From Chloropicon primus (taxonomy: Eukaryota), in the NCBI GenBank assembly GCA_023205875.1, contig CP060755.1:992001-1056000 (forward strand): a DNA stretch of 64,000 bases, in the 5' to 3' direction. Below, piece after piece: positions 33,001 to 43,382 of this stretch (position 1 is the first letter of the stretch; each line of letters begins with the position of its first letter). Position numbers and translations under genes: made by a program. The notes below the pieces were generated by a model, which did not search any database, was not told the origin of the DNA, and was given only the letters and a program-made list of their open reading frames with translations.

Positions 33001-36000
33001 ACCAGACCACTGTCAACGCACAAAACCAGGTATCTCAAGATGGAAATGACCAGCTGCAAGGCATAGGTGTCCTCGTTCACCAGTTGCAAGGTCAGAATGC
33101 ACGCTGACACGATGGTCTCGTCCTGGAAGTTCGACAGAGCTGAGCAGTAGCTCGTCCGCTCCAAGGTGACAAAGTCGTTATTGATTTTGATTTCCTCCCA
33201 GCCTTTGCCCTCCTCTACCACGGCCTTCGTGATGTCTGACTTCAGGCAAGCATCGATTGAGGCGAAACTCCTTCCATGCATGATGTTGTTCTGGATCTTC
33301 AAATTCAACGAGCTTTCGTAAGGCAGCACAAAGAATTCGTTCTCAATGCACTTCTCAATCTCTCTCTCTTGAGTCAAAAACATTTCCTCGAAGTGCCGGT
33401 GCCCAGCCTTCTCAGGTTCTGCGCCTGCGTTCTTGTAGTGCCTGACATTTGTGGACAAGTGAATCAACTTTTTCGTCCAATGAGGCAATTGAGCAGGATA
33501 GTTGGACATCAGCAACGAATACTGGTTGGAGTAGGCAAAGACAGCGTTCCTGACAGCAACGAACAGTCCTTCCTCTGTACAAGCTGCGGTATGCTCGCTC
33601 GGCTTCTCAGACAACTCGTTCAAGAAACATGACAAAGTGGGGTACTTGTCCTGGAACCTCGTATTCTGCAGCAGCTCCTCCTTGAAGTCCGGCCAGAATT
33701 TCGATGCAAAGTACCTGCAAGCTTCTCCTTCCTTGGGCTCAAAGCCGAGCAGGGGCAGGGAGTGCAAGTAGTTACCAATGCCCTCAATCCTACGGATGCA
33801 ATTTTCTTCACTTGTGCGAATGTCCAAATGGCACACAATCGCCGTGTTTAATGCACAGGACAACGCCCGCAACTCACGGTGCTGCGCGATCGGCAGCCAG
33901 CTGCACCAAGATAGATCCTCAATGTTCTTCATGGTATCGTCCGCGTGCGTGGTACCTCCAGCTGATCGATCATGGAGGAGTGTGAAGTTTGGGAAATTGT
34001 TTACGCTGAAATACATGGCGGAGACGGACTTCAGGGCATCCTGTATCCTAGCAAACTCAGCCGCGTCTATCTTGTTTCGTGCTGATAAGATGTTCTCCTC
34101 ACAGAAAGCCAACATATCAAGGGCCGATGACCAGTAGAGCTGCTGAAATATGCCTTGCTCGGCCAGCAAGCGACGAACCTGAATTTGCACGAATTCTGGC
34201 AGTCCGTCTGGTAGAGCTGGCATGAACACAACCATTGGAATCTCTTGGACTCCCCTCTGATTGATTCGCACTTTCAGTTGCCCCGGGCACTTTGCATCAT
34301 CGGGTATCTGGGCCAGCGCGTCCCTGAGGAGATCCAAGTGAGCGTGCTCACAAGCGTATCTGAAACAAGTCTCCCAAGACTCGTGCAATATGGTCTTGGA
34401 CCAAGCTCCCTGGCTCAGATGGACGCCTTCAATGATAATCCTTCTCACGACTTCATCTTCCATCTCCGCGAACCAGAGGGCGGGTATTGAGCTCAGCCCG
34501 CTTGCTGCAGTGCCATCAGTTGGCCGTCCTCCTTCGCTTGCTGAAATCATCGTCTTCGGCCAATCCCGCCCTAGAACGCCTTCGAATTGCAGGGTGCTCT
34601 CCAAGTCCACGTGAACATCCAGGGGAGAAGCATATCCAACCGAAAATTCTCCGCCACTCTCTGCAAGAAAAGATTGGACGACTCTCTCAGAATCCGAGCT
34701 GGACGAAAAGCAGTACAGGGAGCTTTCTCTTCCACAGTACACGTCCTTCACGTTCTGCATCACGTTCATGACCCGCAGGTGGTCGCCACCCAAGCCGCCG
34801 AGAGAGCATAGGTTCTCAATGGCCTTTCTGCGCACACCGACACTGAAGGCCGACCAGAAGACGTCACCCAATAGGGACGTTGGAAGAATGTCAAGCCTGC
34901 TCAGGGAATGACGGATTTCTTTCAGAGGAGCGTTCTGAATCATGTGAATGAGGTAAGAGTTGATCGTTCTTCTCACACCCCCAATCTCACCCGTTTGCTG
35001 GGAGCTGAAATCGTGGTCGCTCAACCCGAATGACAAGAGCTTGTAGACTGCTTCCGAGGCTCGGTCTGCAGAAAGACCTAACTTCAAGATCTCGAACTTG
35101 TCACTTGAGGTGGACATGCCCTTGGACACCGAGGTTGCCTCCGAAACTTCTGAGCCCCCGGGAAGAATCTGGATTCTCGAGAAGCACCTCAAAACTTGTA
35201 GGTACCTGCTCAGCTGTTGAGCTTCACTGCTCCTTCTCGAGTCATGGGCCTGCCTGAGTAAGCATATAACGAATTTCAAGATTTTTGGAACCACGCTACT
35301 CTTCAGGGAAGGATACCTGAACAAGTATATGACCACTTCGAGCGTGATGTACCTTGCCGACCATATCCACAGCTTGTAGCTCCCTTTCATGATTGCGGGA
35401 CAAAGCTTTTCCAGCAGATTAATATCAAAGCGATGCAACACGGCTTGCAGCACCAGCAGGATTTTCTCATCCTCGCTGCTGCAGAGGTCGTTAAGGTCAA
35501 TCAAATTTGAAACTTCCTCAACAGTCTTAACCGCAAGAAAGTCTGCCAGCCAAGAGAAGTTGCCTATGCTAGGCAAGGATTTTTCTCCCAAGGTATCCTC
35601 GCAAAGATGTGACACGTTGTGATTCTCCTTCCGAGCCCTCTGAAGCTTTGGCATGACGCAAAACATGGAATGCTGGTCAAAAAACACAAGAAGATCTGAG
35701 GAGACGTGCAACGTCGTTGCCTCGCAAATCTCAACAATTTTCTCCCCCCGGCTGTACTCCAGGCTCTTCCTCGTCGTCTGTGGGAACAAATCGCTCCACA
35801 CGAGCTTCAGTTTTCTTGAGCATTCACTGGTGTGAAGCGACAAGAGGCTTTTGTGGTGAAACGCTAAGTGTGTCAAAGCATGTCCTGAGAAAGCGGGCAC
35901 GACCAGCCTTTTACAACGGCAGTGAAACGTCTGAAACTTTTCAAACGCGTCTTCCACCGTTATGCAGCCAGGACAGTCCTTGCTGTCCCTCGTTCCATTC

Positions 36001-36965
36001 TCATGAGCTGTCGTTGCCCTTCTGAACATTTTTTGGAAAAGTCCTGTCGGTTCCAGCACACAGGTCAGGCCTCCTTTCGTCCCTACGGCGATCACCAAGT
36101 CGTCTTTCGGAAAGAAGTGGGCCTCCACGCACGCCACCGTGCTTTGGTCGCCTCTCCCGTGCAGAAGGAGATCAGGGGCGAGCGTGTGGCGCCAAATGAG
36201 GGAAGGGGCGTGCGCGCTCCACACGTACAGCGTGTTTGGCAAAGCGTAAGCTGCAACGGTTCCCTCCTTCACGCAGATCGCCTGGGTGCAGGACTCCTTT
36301 AAGGCGAGCTCAACCAAAGGGCAAGCCTCGATCCAGTGCGCGGATGATCTCAACGTGATGAAGCACTCTGATCCACCCGCACTGCCCAAGACCATCGTGC
36401 ACAGCCCGTGCCTCGGGTCGGAGGACGCCATCATCAGCGCCTCCCAATCCCCCTGGCGAGTCCTGCCCTCGTCACAACCCTGGAGCTCGAAGCTTTTCCG
36501 CTCCAAGTGGTTACTGATAGGGTATTTCCTCTCGTTCGCCCGACCCCCTTCGCCGCAACTCGCGCTCACGACTTCGACAGGCACAGCAAGATTGACCCGA
36601 GAGGCTTCCCCGCCACCACCATCCTTGCTTTCCTCCTTCCCAAGTTGGTGCACTCGAACCTTCAAGGTCGACCGCCGTTCTCGCCTCTCTATCCCAGCGC
36701 AAACGAGTCTGTTGGTACCTATCCAGCAGCACGCATCGCAAGGCGCCCCGAATTCAGCCACCTCCGACCCGTCAGAAGTCCTGATCACCGTGACGCGGGC
36801 ATCTTCCCCTCCGCTTCGGCTTCCCCTCGAGGCGACAGCAACCCACCCGCCACTCGGCGACAGCGAGTACGAGCACGACTCCCCCCCTTCCTCCCCGACG
36901 GCACCCGTCCGTTCTCCGTTCCACCGCCCGACGCGCACCACGCACGCCGCCTTCGTCTCGATCAT
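30009..36965 (-). CDS. SPG11: Spatacsin (SPG11), AP-5-associated coat protein
   Basis: About 2300 aa; N-terminal beta-rich region, LARKNDWVYFLSEAE, WPFLAVLSSC, C-terminal EVEVIILAYQYY..MNGVDVL..YASLGEFKALVRMLNGI. Confidence 0.88.
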   Translation of the reverse strand: MIETKAACVVRVGRWNGERTGAVGEEGGESCSYSLSPSGGWVAVASRGSRSGGEDARVTVIRTSDGSEVAEFGAPCDACCWIGTNRLVCAGIERRERRSTLKVRVHQLGKEESKDGGGGEASRVNLAVPVEVVSASCGEGGRANERKYPISNHLERKSFELQGCDEGRTRQGDWEALMMASSDPRHGLCTMVLGSAGGSECFITLRSSAHWIEACPLVELALKESCTQAICVKEGTVAAYALPNTLYVWSAHAPSLIWRHTLAPDLLLHGRGDQSTVACVEAHFFPKDDLVIAVGTKGGLTCVLEPTGLFQKMFRRATTAHENGTRDSKDCPGCITVEDAFEKFQTFHCRCKRLVVPAFSGHALTHLAFHHKSLLSLHTSECSRKLKLVWSDLFPQTTRKSLEYSRGEKIVEICEATTLHVSSDLLVFFDQHSMFCVMPKLQRARKENHNVSHLCEDTLGEKSLPSIGNFSWLADFLAVKTVEEVSNLIDLNDLCSSEDEKILLVLQAVLHRFDINLLEKLCPAIMKGSYKLWIWSARYITLEVVIYLFRYPSLKSSVVPKILKFVICLLRQAHDSRRSSEAQQLSRYLQVLRCFSRIQILPGGSEVSEATSVSKGMSTSSDKFEILKLGLSADRASEAVYKLLSFGLSDHDFSSQQTGEIGGVRRTINSYLIHMIQNAPLKEIRHSLSRLDILPTSLLGDVFWSAFSVGVRRKAIENLCSLGGLGGDHLRVMNVMQNVKDVYCGRESSLYCFSSSSDSERVVQSFLAESGGEFSVGYASPLDVHVDLESTLQFEGVLGRDWPKTMISASEGGRPTDGTAASGLSSIPALWFAEMEDEVVRRIIIEGVHLSQGAWSKTILHESWETCFRYACEHAHLDLLRDALAQIPDDAKCPGQLKVRINQRGVQEIPMVVFMPALPDGLPEFVQIQVRRLLAEQGIFQQLYWSSALDMLAFCEENILSARNKIDAAEFARIQDALKSVSAMYFSVNNFPNFTLLHDRSAGGTTHADDTMKNIEDLSWCSWLPIAQHRELRALSCALNTAIVCHLDIRTSEENCIRRIEGIGNYLHSLPLLGFEPKEGEACRYFASKFWPDFKEELLQNTRFQDKYPTLSCFLNELSEKPSEHTAACTEEGLFVAVRNAVFAYSNQYSLLMSNYPAQLPHWTKKLIHLSTNVRHYKNAGAEPEKAGHRHFEEMFLTQEREIEKCIENEFFVLPYESSLNLKIQNNIMHGRSFASIDACLKSDITKAVVEEGKGWEEIKINNDFVTLERTSYCSALSNFQDETIVSACILTLQLVNEDTYALQLVISILRYLVLCVDSGLVAESIPFPMDSNADGYDFLTPIVQLMCENIKKGFMMSTENTGVMQLHEIMDAILEDILKGEEDPASIHVEGSGDIDARVSTWVLLNALNELFGYERDDRYMSYLARKNDWVYFLSEAERHGYTLREVIALADFSCRELKLHLERALFASRDLVADDLDDEKMGSQEPPELFALISESERQDLPGQFLLESCVESRWPFLAVLSSCHDDVSKAKCFQYWLGSTCVASDGFSPENHTIPFLVTVMCGKKCFLPLIRGGETFFPKSIFVTFMYFLHSFMQIRMKDAETYLLQFKHMMRQGSHLESDTWMEESIIIALESSLASETSDLFLRSKAVNLINKCEVLEYFPSMVKMYVLYDILGENEHSSFISWNAVPTDPWQDSEISAEPFLRVDLEGAACHLENGNRFKEARMIYERCGLETDHIVLRHAARILENVYENKAKVEADRRESWNDIQTMFVEDGLDERLAGDFFFEQFNKELSYSTVATSLHVLELAFKWYQGVHGNSEPCCSAEFLEEVKFRGLICGHILCFENHQEIEKVDKWYIQAGSKHAEPEGETKVSSGSFMIDSVEHETLVSYMNSCGVSGMGDTLLTMLFNAFVWYGEIDFVKQLSSKLKDKVKGIMFLEALVEILAEHGDGELNGGGCFLSGNCVSYLQDLLSEFQVPHNVIEAVKFCTENIPHEIGMEFASRVSFSFKLSSLASSVTPNLVLMAKPEDTLQLVLRQGPELLQEAREFVEVFSVPQSKVADVLVKSFFKGLLIVHRDVPEEASTTSYEPSYSTEEFDKCAFICSDNAELGHALLNIILTKHHLPSEFEVEVIILAYQYYEAAHAMNGVDVLTALAFGRVSTYASLGEFKALVRMLNGIGQSKLRQHAIDKLVSSDKLELLLKKRSSNDIKERTVSRRRNLKREILTSLYHSRDKDSASLNMALHHFNKTKLIAKGLVQQAEDLLTSTPKMDEEVNLKAAQLLSEASSIFQSIGCVKSAATAITQARDLALMGQ

Positions 36966-37265
36966 GATTCCCAACCAAGCGTGAACACCATCGCTCTACC
37001 ACACAACGACACCACCTTGGTCTCCCCCCTCTCCATCGAGTCCCCTCGGCCCTCAACTCAAACCTTGCATCAACACCCCACTGCAAAAACCGACACAACT
37101 TTGGGTCGGACGAGACTTTGCCCAAACCTTGTCACGATCCCTCGCAGCAAGTGATCACGGCAAGTTCCTCCACCCCGTGCCTTCTCCTCCCTCTCTTCCT
37201 CTTGACCGATCGATCGATCGACTTCTCTCTCTCTCTGTCTCTCTCTGGCTTTTTCCCGAAGCGCT

Positions 37266-37266
<1 letters not shown>

Positions 37267-37306
<40 letters not shown>
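37267..37306 (+). repeat. (GA)n microsatellite in the SPG11/UNC-50 divergent intergenic region
   Basis: Perfect GA run, preceded by CT runs and GATCGATCGATCG. Confidence 0.9.
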
Positions 37307-37310
<4 letters not shown>

Positions 37311-37539
37311 GAGAGAGAGAAGGTGTCGAGGAAGGAAGGGAGGGGGGGGAAGACTGAAGGAGAAGGAGGTGCCGGAGGGGTTCTGGTTCCGAAGGGAAGG
37401 CGTAGTCGTTGCCGGAGCGCGAGGGAGGGAAGTTTTTTACTGAGATTTGAGCGTTTTGGGGGGCTGGGCAAAAAAGGGGAGAGACGAAGAAGCAGAGGGA
37501 CGGGGTACGTGGCTCGAGTCCTGGTAGAGGTGGAGTATA

Positions 37540-38382
37540 ATGAGCTCGTCGACGTCGGCAATGTCTGCGACTGGTCTCATGCAGGGCCTTCCGACGAGCA
37601 GCGGTGCTTCCGGGAGCGGGGCGTTCGGGACGCAGAGCGTGAAACCCTTTCACAAGCGCGGGGGGAAGGGGCAGTACAGGTCGTTTGCCTTCCTGCCGAC
37701 TTACTTGCGCAGAATAGTCAAGTACAAGCAGATGGATTTCGAGTACTCTTTCTGGCTCATGCTCCAGCTCCTCGTGTCGCCCAAGACGGCTTATAGGCAA
37801 ACGACTTACCACAAACAGACGAAGAACAGGTGGTCTCGGGATGACCCCGCCTTTGTAGTCATTTGCAGCCTTTTCATGGCCGTCTCTGCCAGTGCGTACT
37901 GCATAAGCTTTGGGGCATCGGTCGGAACCTCGATCTACACTATTATTGCGGCCGTTGCGATCGACTTCATTCTGTTGGGCGTGGGGCTCTCCACGGTGTG
38001 CTGGTACTTGGCGAACAACTATCTGCGGGCCAAGGGCAGCCACAACCACACCGTGGAGCAGAAGGTGGAGTGGCTTTACGCCTTTGACGTGCACTGCAAC
38101 TCCTTCTTCCCGGTGTTCTTGATGCTGTATGTCCTCCAGTACTTGCTGTCTCCCCTGCTGCTGGCGAGGTCCTTCATATCCAGCCTGCTGGCGATAGCGC
38201 TCTACGGCTTTGCGCTGTCGTACTACCACTACATGAATTTTTTGGGTTACAGCGCCCTGCCTTTCTTGGAGCACACAGACCTCTTCCTGTACCCAATAGG
38301 GGTGATCGCGCTCCTCGCTGTGCTGGCGTTGCTCTTCCAGTTCAACCCCACCATCTTCACTCTGTCCATTTATTTTAAGTGA
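37540..38382 (+). CDS. UNC50: UNC-50/GMH1 Golgi membrane protein
   Basis: YLRRIVKYKQMDFE, YHKQTKNRWSRDDPAF, VEWLYAFDVHCNSFFP, FLGYSALPFL. Confidence 0.95.
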   Translation: MSSSTSAMSATGLMQGLPTSSGASGSGAFGTQSVKPFHKRGGKGQYRSFAFLPTYLRRIVKYKQMDFEYSFWLMLQLLVSPKTAYRQTTYHKQTKNRWSRDDPAFVVICSLFMAVSASAYCISFGASVGTSIYTIIAAVAIDFILLGVGLSTVCWYLANNYLRAKGSHNHTVEQKVEWLYAFDVHCNSFFPVFLMLYVLQYLLSPLLLARSFISSLLAIALYGFALSYYHYMNFLGYSALPFLEHTDLFLYPIGVIALLAVLALLFQFNPTIFTLSIYFK

Positions 38383-38557
38383 CCTTTCTTTTGAGCTGCA
38401 AGTAACAATAACAGTACAGTAAAATATAGTCATAATCAACTGGCCCCAGAGAATTGCTGTTGCTCTCACAACTCCCGCCCCCTGGGCTCTCCCCATATAC
38501 GCTCTCTCTCCCCCTGGCCCTGGCCGGCCTGATCTTCTCCAGGGGGGAAAGACGACC

Positions 38558-39370
38558 ATGGCCGTGCGTTCTTCGAGGTGCCACAGGAGCCTGGGAGGCG
38601 CTGGGGCCGGGCCCAGTGTGGCCGGCGCGGCGAGGTCCAGGGGGATCAGGAGGCCGTGCTCTGGGTGCGGGCGAGGGCGGCGGGGGCGGGCCAGGTTCCC
38701 GCTTCGCGCGGGCAACGACTTCGACCCGTTCGCCCAAGCGGATGAGAATGACAAGCCCCCTCCGGAGAGCATGAGCAGCCCGTTTCTCAACAGCCCGGTC
38801 GTTGCGCAGGAGGCCCAAGAGATTTTCGAGCAGTTCAAGCAGCTGAGTTCTTTGCAGCCCAAGTACAACAAGTTCGACGTGGAGGGCAAGAGAATCTTCG
38901 TGAATCAGATGGAGGAGATGTGCGAGAAGCTCAAGGTGTTCACCACGCGTTACAAGCTGGCGTCGGGCGACGCCTACGCTCAGGAGATGATCAGGCGGCT
39001 GTCCGACCAGCTGGCCGAGGTCAACATGACAATAGACGGAATGTACGAGGGCCTCGTGCAGACCACCAAGGCGATGAAGGAGATGCTCGAGCAGGAGGAG
39101 CGTCTCGGCGCGGACATCGTCAACACGGGAAATCCGTACTTCAAGGACAAGTCTTACGGTGGTCCGGCGTTCTCCCAAGCCATGCCGGACATCGGGAAGC
39201 TGATGGAGGACCCGGAGGCGGCCGCGCTTCTCTCCGACCCCGAGGTGCTGAAGATCATGCAGCGTTGCATGGCGGACCCAGAGCTGTTTGTCACGGAGGC
39301 GGAGAACAACGAGAAAATCAGGAAGGTGGTTGAGCTCTTCGTCAAGAACATGGACCAGGACATGATGTGA
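38558..39370 (+). CDS. Plastid-targeted DUF1825 protein with C-terminal STI1-like domain
   Basis: Transit-peptide-like start; FLNSPVVAQEAQEIFE..YNKFDVEGKRIFVNQME matches recalled cyanobacterial DUF1825; LMEDPEAAALLSDPEV..MADP is STI1-like. Confidence 0.75.
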   Translation: MAVRSSRCHRSLGGAGAGPSVAGAARSRGIRRPCSGCGRGRRGRARFPLRAGNDFDPFAQADENDKPPPESMSSPFLNSPVVAQEAQEIFEQFKQLSSLQPKYNKFDVEGKRIFVNQMEEMCEKLKVFTTRYKLASGDAYAQEMIRRLSDQLAEVNMTIDGMYEGLVQTTKAMKEMLEQEERLGADIVNTGNPYFKDKSYGGPAFSQAMPDIGKLMEDPEAAALLSDPEVLKIMQRCMADPELFVTEAENNEKIRKVVELFVKNMDQDMM

Positions 39371-39485
39371 AGCCAGAAAAGAAGCTAAAAAATAGAAAGA
39401 AGTGTTGAGTATGATCATCGGGCCCGGACCGGGCCCCCATTATTGCTTCCAAGCGCGCCGCACCGCTCGCTCGCTCGCACTCCCT

Positions 39486-41414
39486 CTAGAGGCTTGTCCT
39501 GCAGGACATCCTCCTTCCTGCTCCCGGGAGCGGCCTGCTCGCCCTCGCCACCCTCGCGGCTCTCATCACCTGCTTCGTCACCTTCCTTGTCGGGAGCGAG
39601 TTGGCGGCCACGGTCCTTCCGGCCATGACGGTGCGAGCGGTCGAGCTGTGTCTCTTGAGGGCCGAGACGCCGTTGGCATCCGCCTCGCTCTCGGCGACAT
39701 AGTACTCCCCCGAGGACTCGTGCACCCCGGCAGCCCTGCCTGAGATGTCCCCTTGCAGCTGGTTCTCCCACTCCGGCTTCCACGCGAGGGCCTCCGGGGT
39801 GCTGCAGGCCACGCTCCTTCCGTCGGGAATGGTGGCCACGGCGCGCTCCCCCGGAAAGTGCTTCTCGAACATGGACCTCAGGAAGTAGTACTCTTTGGTC
39901 TGCGGGGTCTCCTCCGGGAACCTCTCGTGCCTCAGGCTGAACTCCGCGTCGCTGATGATGGCCTCCGCATAATTCTTGAGGCCATCGACCCAGTCGTACC
40001 CCACGCCGTCGCTGAACTGCTCCTTCTGCCTCCACAGCACCTCCTCGGGAAGGTAGCGGTCCTCGGGCGTGTCAAAGGCCTTTCTGAGGATGTACTTCTC
40101 CATCTTCGGGTGGACCCCGTCGGGCTTGGCCTCCATGTCGCACATCTTGGCGCTCGGGTCGATGGTCATGAGGAGGTCGAGGACCTCCTTGTCCAGGAAG
40201 GGCACCCTGGCCTCCAGGCCGTTCGCCATGGTGGCCTTGTTGGCCCTCAGGACGTCCCACTGGTGCAGCCTGGTCGTCTTCCTGACGCTCTCCCTGTGGA
40301 ACTCCCTGGCGTCCGGAGCCTCGTGGAAGTACAGGTACCCCCCAAGGGCCTCGTCCGCGCCCTCTCCGCTGAGGACCATCTTGACGCCCAGGGCCTTGAT
40401 CTTCCTGGCCAGCAGGAACATGGGCACCGCCGCCCTGACCTGGTGCCAGGACTCGAGGTGGTACACCACCTTGGGGACCGCGTCGATCGCCTCCTCGGGC
40501 GTGAAGTGGAACTCGTGGTGCTCGGTCCCGAGGAAGTCCGCGACCTTCCTGGCGTTCTGGAGGTCTGGGGCGCCCTCGATGCCGATGCTGAAGGTGTGGA
40601 GCTTCTCGGACCAGTCGAGCGAGTTCTTGGCCTGGTCCCTGTGCTTTGCCGCGATTGCGGTCACCAGGGAGGAGTCCAGGCCGCCGGAGAGGAGGACGCC
40701 ATAGGGGACGTCCGCCATCAGCCTCTTCAGGACGGCCTTCTTGACGGTCTCCCTCACCCTGCCCAAGTCCACGGGCTCGCTGGGCAGGTAAGCCTCGTCC
40801 GTCACCCACCTCGGCTCGTACCACCTGGTGAACTCGGGCTTGTCCCCGGCCCGCCACAGGGTAAAGTGGCCGGGCGGGAAGATCTCGTAGTCCTTGATCC
40901 CCGGGACGTGCTGGAAGCACTTCATCTCGGAGGCCGTCCAGGTGGACCCGTCCTCGCCGTAGCCGATGTACATGGGGGAGATGCCCATGTGGTCCCTGCC
41001 GGCCATGTACACGGGCTCCTCGCCCCTCGAGTCCACGATGGTGAAGACGAACATGCCGTCCAGCATGCTCACGAAGCCCGAGCCGTACTTCTCGTACAGC
41101 AGGCCGACGACCTCGCTGTCCGACGTCGTCCTGCAGTCCAGGCCGTGGTCGTCCCGGAGCTGCTCAAAGTTGTAAATCTCGCCGTTCACGACCCAAGATA
41201 TCGTGCCCTCCGCGTTGTGCATGGGCTGGTCCCCGCACTCCCTCGGGTCCATGATCGCCAGCCTCTCGTGGGCCAGGAAGTTCTTCCTCCCGTCGGTCCA
41301 CACGCTGCTCCAGTCCGGGCCCCTGTGGCGCAGCCTGGACGCCAGCTCCACCACGAGGCGCCTCAGCGTGGCGTCGTCCCCCGACGCGTTCAGAAGAGCG
41401 AATATGCCGCACAT
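39486..41414 (-). CDS. ASN: Glutamine-dependent asparagine synthetase
   Basis: MCGIF, RHRGPDWS, HERLAIMDP, NGEIYN, LLSGGLDSS, SGEGADE..GYLYF, EARVPFLD, RQKEQFSDGVG. Confidence 0.96.
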   Translation of the reverse strand: MCGIFALLNASGDDATLRRLVVELASRLRHRGPDWSSVWTDGRKNFLAHERLAIMDPRECGDQPMHNAEGTISWVVNGEIYNFEQLRDDHGLDCRTTSDSEVVGLLYEKYGSGFVSMLDGMFVFTIVDSRGEEPVYMAGRDHMGISPMYIGYGEDGSTWTASEMKCFQHVPGIKDYEIFPPGHFTLWRAGDKPEFTRWYEPRWVTDEAYLPSEPVDLGRVRETVKKAVLKRLMADVPYGVLLSGGLDSSLVTAIAAKHRDQAKNSLDWSEKLHTFSIGIEGAPDLQNARKVADFLGTEHHEFHFTPEEAIDAVPKVVYHLESWHQVRAAVPMFLLARKIKALGVKMVLSGEGADEALGGYLYFHEAPDAREFHRESVRKTTRLHQWDVLRANKATMANGLEARVPFLDKEVLDLLMTIDPSAKMCDMEAKPDGVHPKMEKYILRKAFDTPEDRYLPEEVLWRQKEQFSDGVGYDWVDGLKNYAEAIISDAEFSLRHERFPEETPQTKEYYFLRSMFEKHFPGERAVATIPDGRSVACSTPEALAWKPEWENQLQGDISGRAAGVHESSGEYYVAESEADANGVSALKRHSSTARTVMAGRTVAANSLPTRKVTKQVMRAARVARASRPLPGAGRRMSCRTSL

Positions 41415-42157
41415 GGCGCCAGCGCTCAAGCTTTGGTGGCGAAGAAGGCCTCGACAAGACCTCTGCTCAGTCGCACCAAACTAGTAATCCAAATGTGCCA
41501 AAGCAAAACAAACCCCTCACGAACCCGTCCGCAATTCGTCGCGCAATCCTCTCGAGCTCCAAGGTAACCCAAACCGATCCGGTGGCAGGCGACTCCTCAC
41601 CAACACGCAAAACGACTCTCTTACTTGGCCTCTCCCGCCCTGGTTCTCCCGCCCTGGTTCTCTCTCTCTCTCTCGAGCCGCCCTGCCGCGCGCACGTGTC
41701 TGCGGAGCGTCCCCCGCCTCTGCTTTTCTCCACATGGGAAATCTACTCTCAGAGATTCTCAGAGATTTCCATACAAGAAAGGGAGATTTCCAAATCATCG
41801 CTTACTACTCTCAAAGAGAGAGAGGGAGGAAGGTTGCTCTTTGTTTGGGAGTCACGAGGATCCTCTCGACTCCCCCTTGTTAGAGAGAGAGAGGGGATGG
41901 TGGTTGGGCACGCGAAATAATACATTGTTGCTGTTGTTGTTGCTCAATCAAGACCCAAAAGTCCCAAAATGTCACACAATCAATGGATGTTATGTTTTCC
42001 ACGAATGAATTGCTTGAAAAAAAACACCACGGCCACACACCCCGCACCACGAAAAGAGTGGATCCAGCCAGCCAGCCTCCTCCACTTCCACTTCCACCTC
42101 CTCCACGTCACGTCACGTCGTGAGGAGGGGCATTGGATGATTGCTCCTCCCCACCAT

Positions 42158-42794
42158 TCATCGCCCCAGCAAGCCGCCGGTGAGCACGGGGCTGTTGACC
42201 ATGGCGTTCACCGTGATCGTGAGATTCCCCTCGATGTAGCCGGAGAGCTCGTTCATGGTCAGGAGCAGGGGCATCAGCGTGGTGGCCTCGTAGGCCGCGT
42301 CCACGCCCTTCTCGATGTCCGTGAGGCCTAGGATGATGGCGTCCAGGTTCGGAATGATGGTGTCCGTCGCCGCGGTCAGCTTCTGAATCTCCACCAGGGC
42401 CAGGAGGGCGAACACCGCCAGGAGGATGACCGCTATGCTCAAGCTGCCGGCGGGCGGGCAGGAGAAGCACGAACGGAGTCGAGGGAGAGAGAGGGAGAGG
42501 GCAACAAAGAAAAGCAGGGACGGACGAGGAACGCGAAGAAACCAAAGGACGTCAGCAAGCTGTCGCCACGAGGGTGGCTCGGAAGGAACGCGCAGGACGC
42601 GTCGTGTTCTCATCTGTCTCGACTTACAACCCGGCTTGCGCCATGAGCAGGACGTTCTGCCTCCTCTGGTTGGGGTTCACTGCGTCCCTGATCTGCTTCA
42701 GGAGCTCGTGCTTGGAGGACCTCGTGTAAGACCTCGAGAGCCCCCCCTCCTCCTCCTCCTCCTGGCCCATCGGGTTCTGGAACGTTGTCGCCAT
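42158..42794 (-). CDS. Small single-TM protein of unknown function; intron 42444-42627
   Basis: GTAAGT..GCTGAC..CAG intron joins MATTFQNP...MAQAGF to LSIAVILLAVFALLALVEIQKL...GGLLGR*. Confidence 0.65.
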
Positions 42795-43382
42795 CTCTCG
42801 GGAAACGGACTCTGAGCTCTTCGGAGCCAAAACCTATCCCCTCCCCTCAAAAAAAGAAGGAGAGTTTCGAGCCAACGTCCTCGCAAAGGAGCTCCTGCGC
42901 GTGCACGGAGACCCGCGAGAGAACAAGAAGAAACCTGAAAAAGAAAGAAAGAACGAAAGAAAGCACTCCGCCGCCGCACACTTCTTTCCCAACGAACGTC
43001 CTCCTCGTCCTCGCCGTCGTCCTCGTCTGAAGACCTCAGCCGTTACCCCTGGTGGTCTATTATTGATGTAACATATCGTACACCGATGTCTCGCTCGACG
43101 AGAAGCTCCCTTTTTCAGCAGGAAGCTGGATCGGTGAATCAGGAGTGTGGAGTGTGAGCCGAGGCGCTGGATCGGTGAATCAGGCTGGAGCGTGGCCCTC
43201 CGCAACCTTCGAAGGATTCGATGATGCCCGTCCTGCACCCTTGCTCTTGCTGAGATTGTCGGTCGTGAGTGATCCATCCATCTCTGGCGGGGTGTTCTGG
43301 GGCAGAAACACTAACAACAACAACAACAACAAATTGGGTTTGGGTTGGGGTTTGGATAGATTGGTCGTGCTGCCGCCGCGAA

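Noticed and set aside
43125..43184. Two 19-bp direct repeats (GCTGGATCGGTGAATCAGG) separated by 22 nt
   Set aside because: Only two copies with a 41-nt period and partly similar flanks. A local tandem duplication, not a CRISPR array or element terminus.
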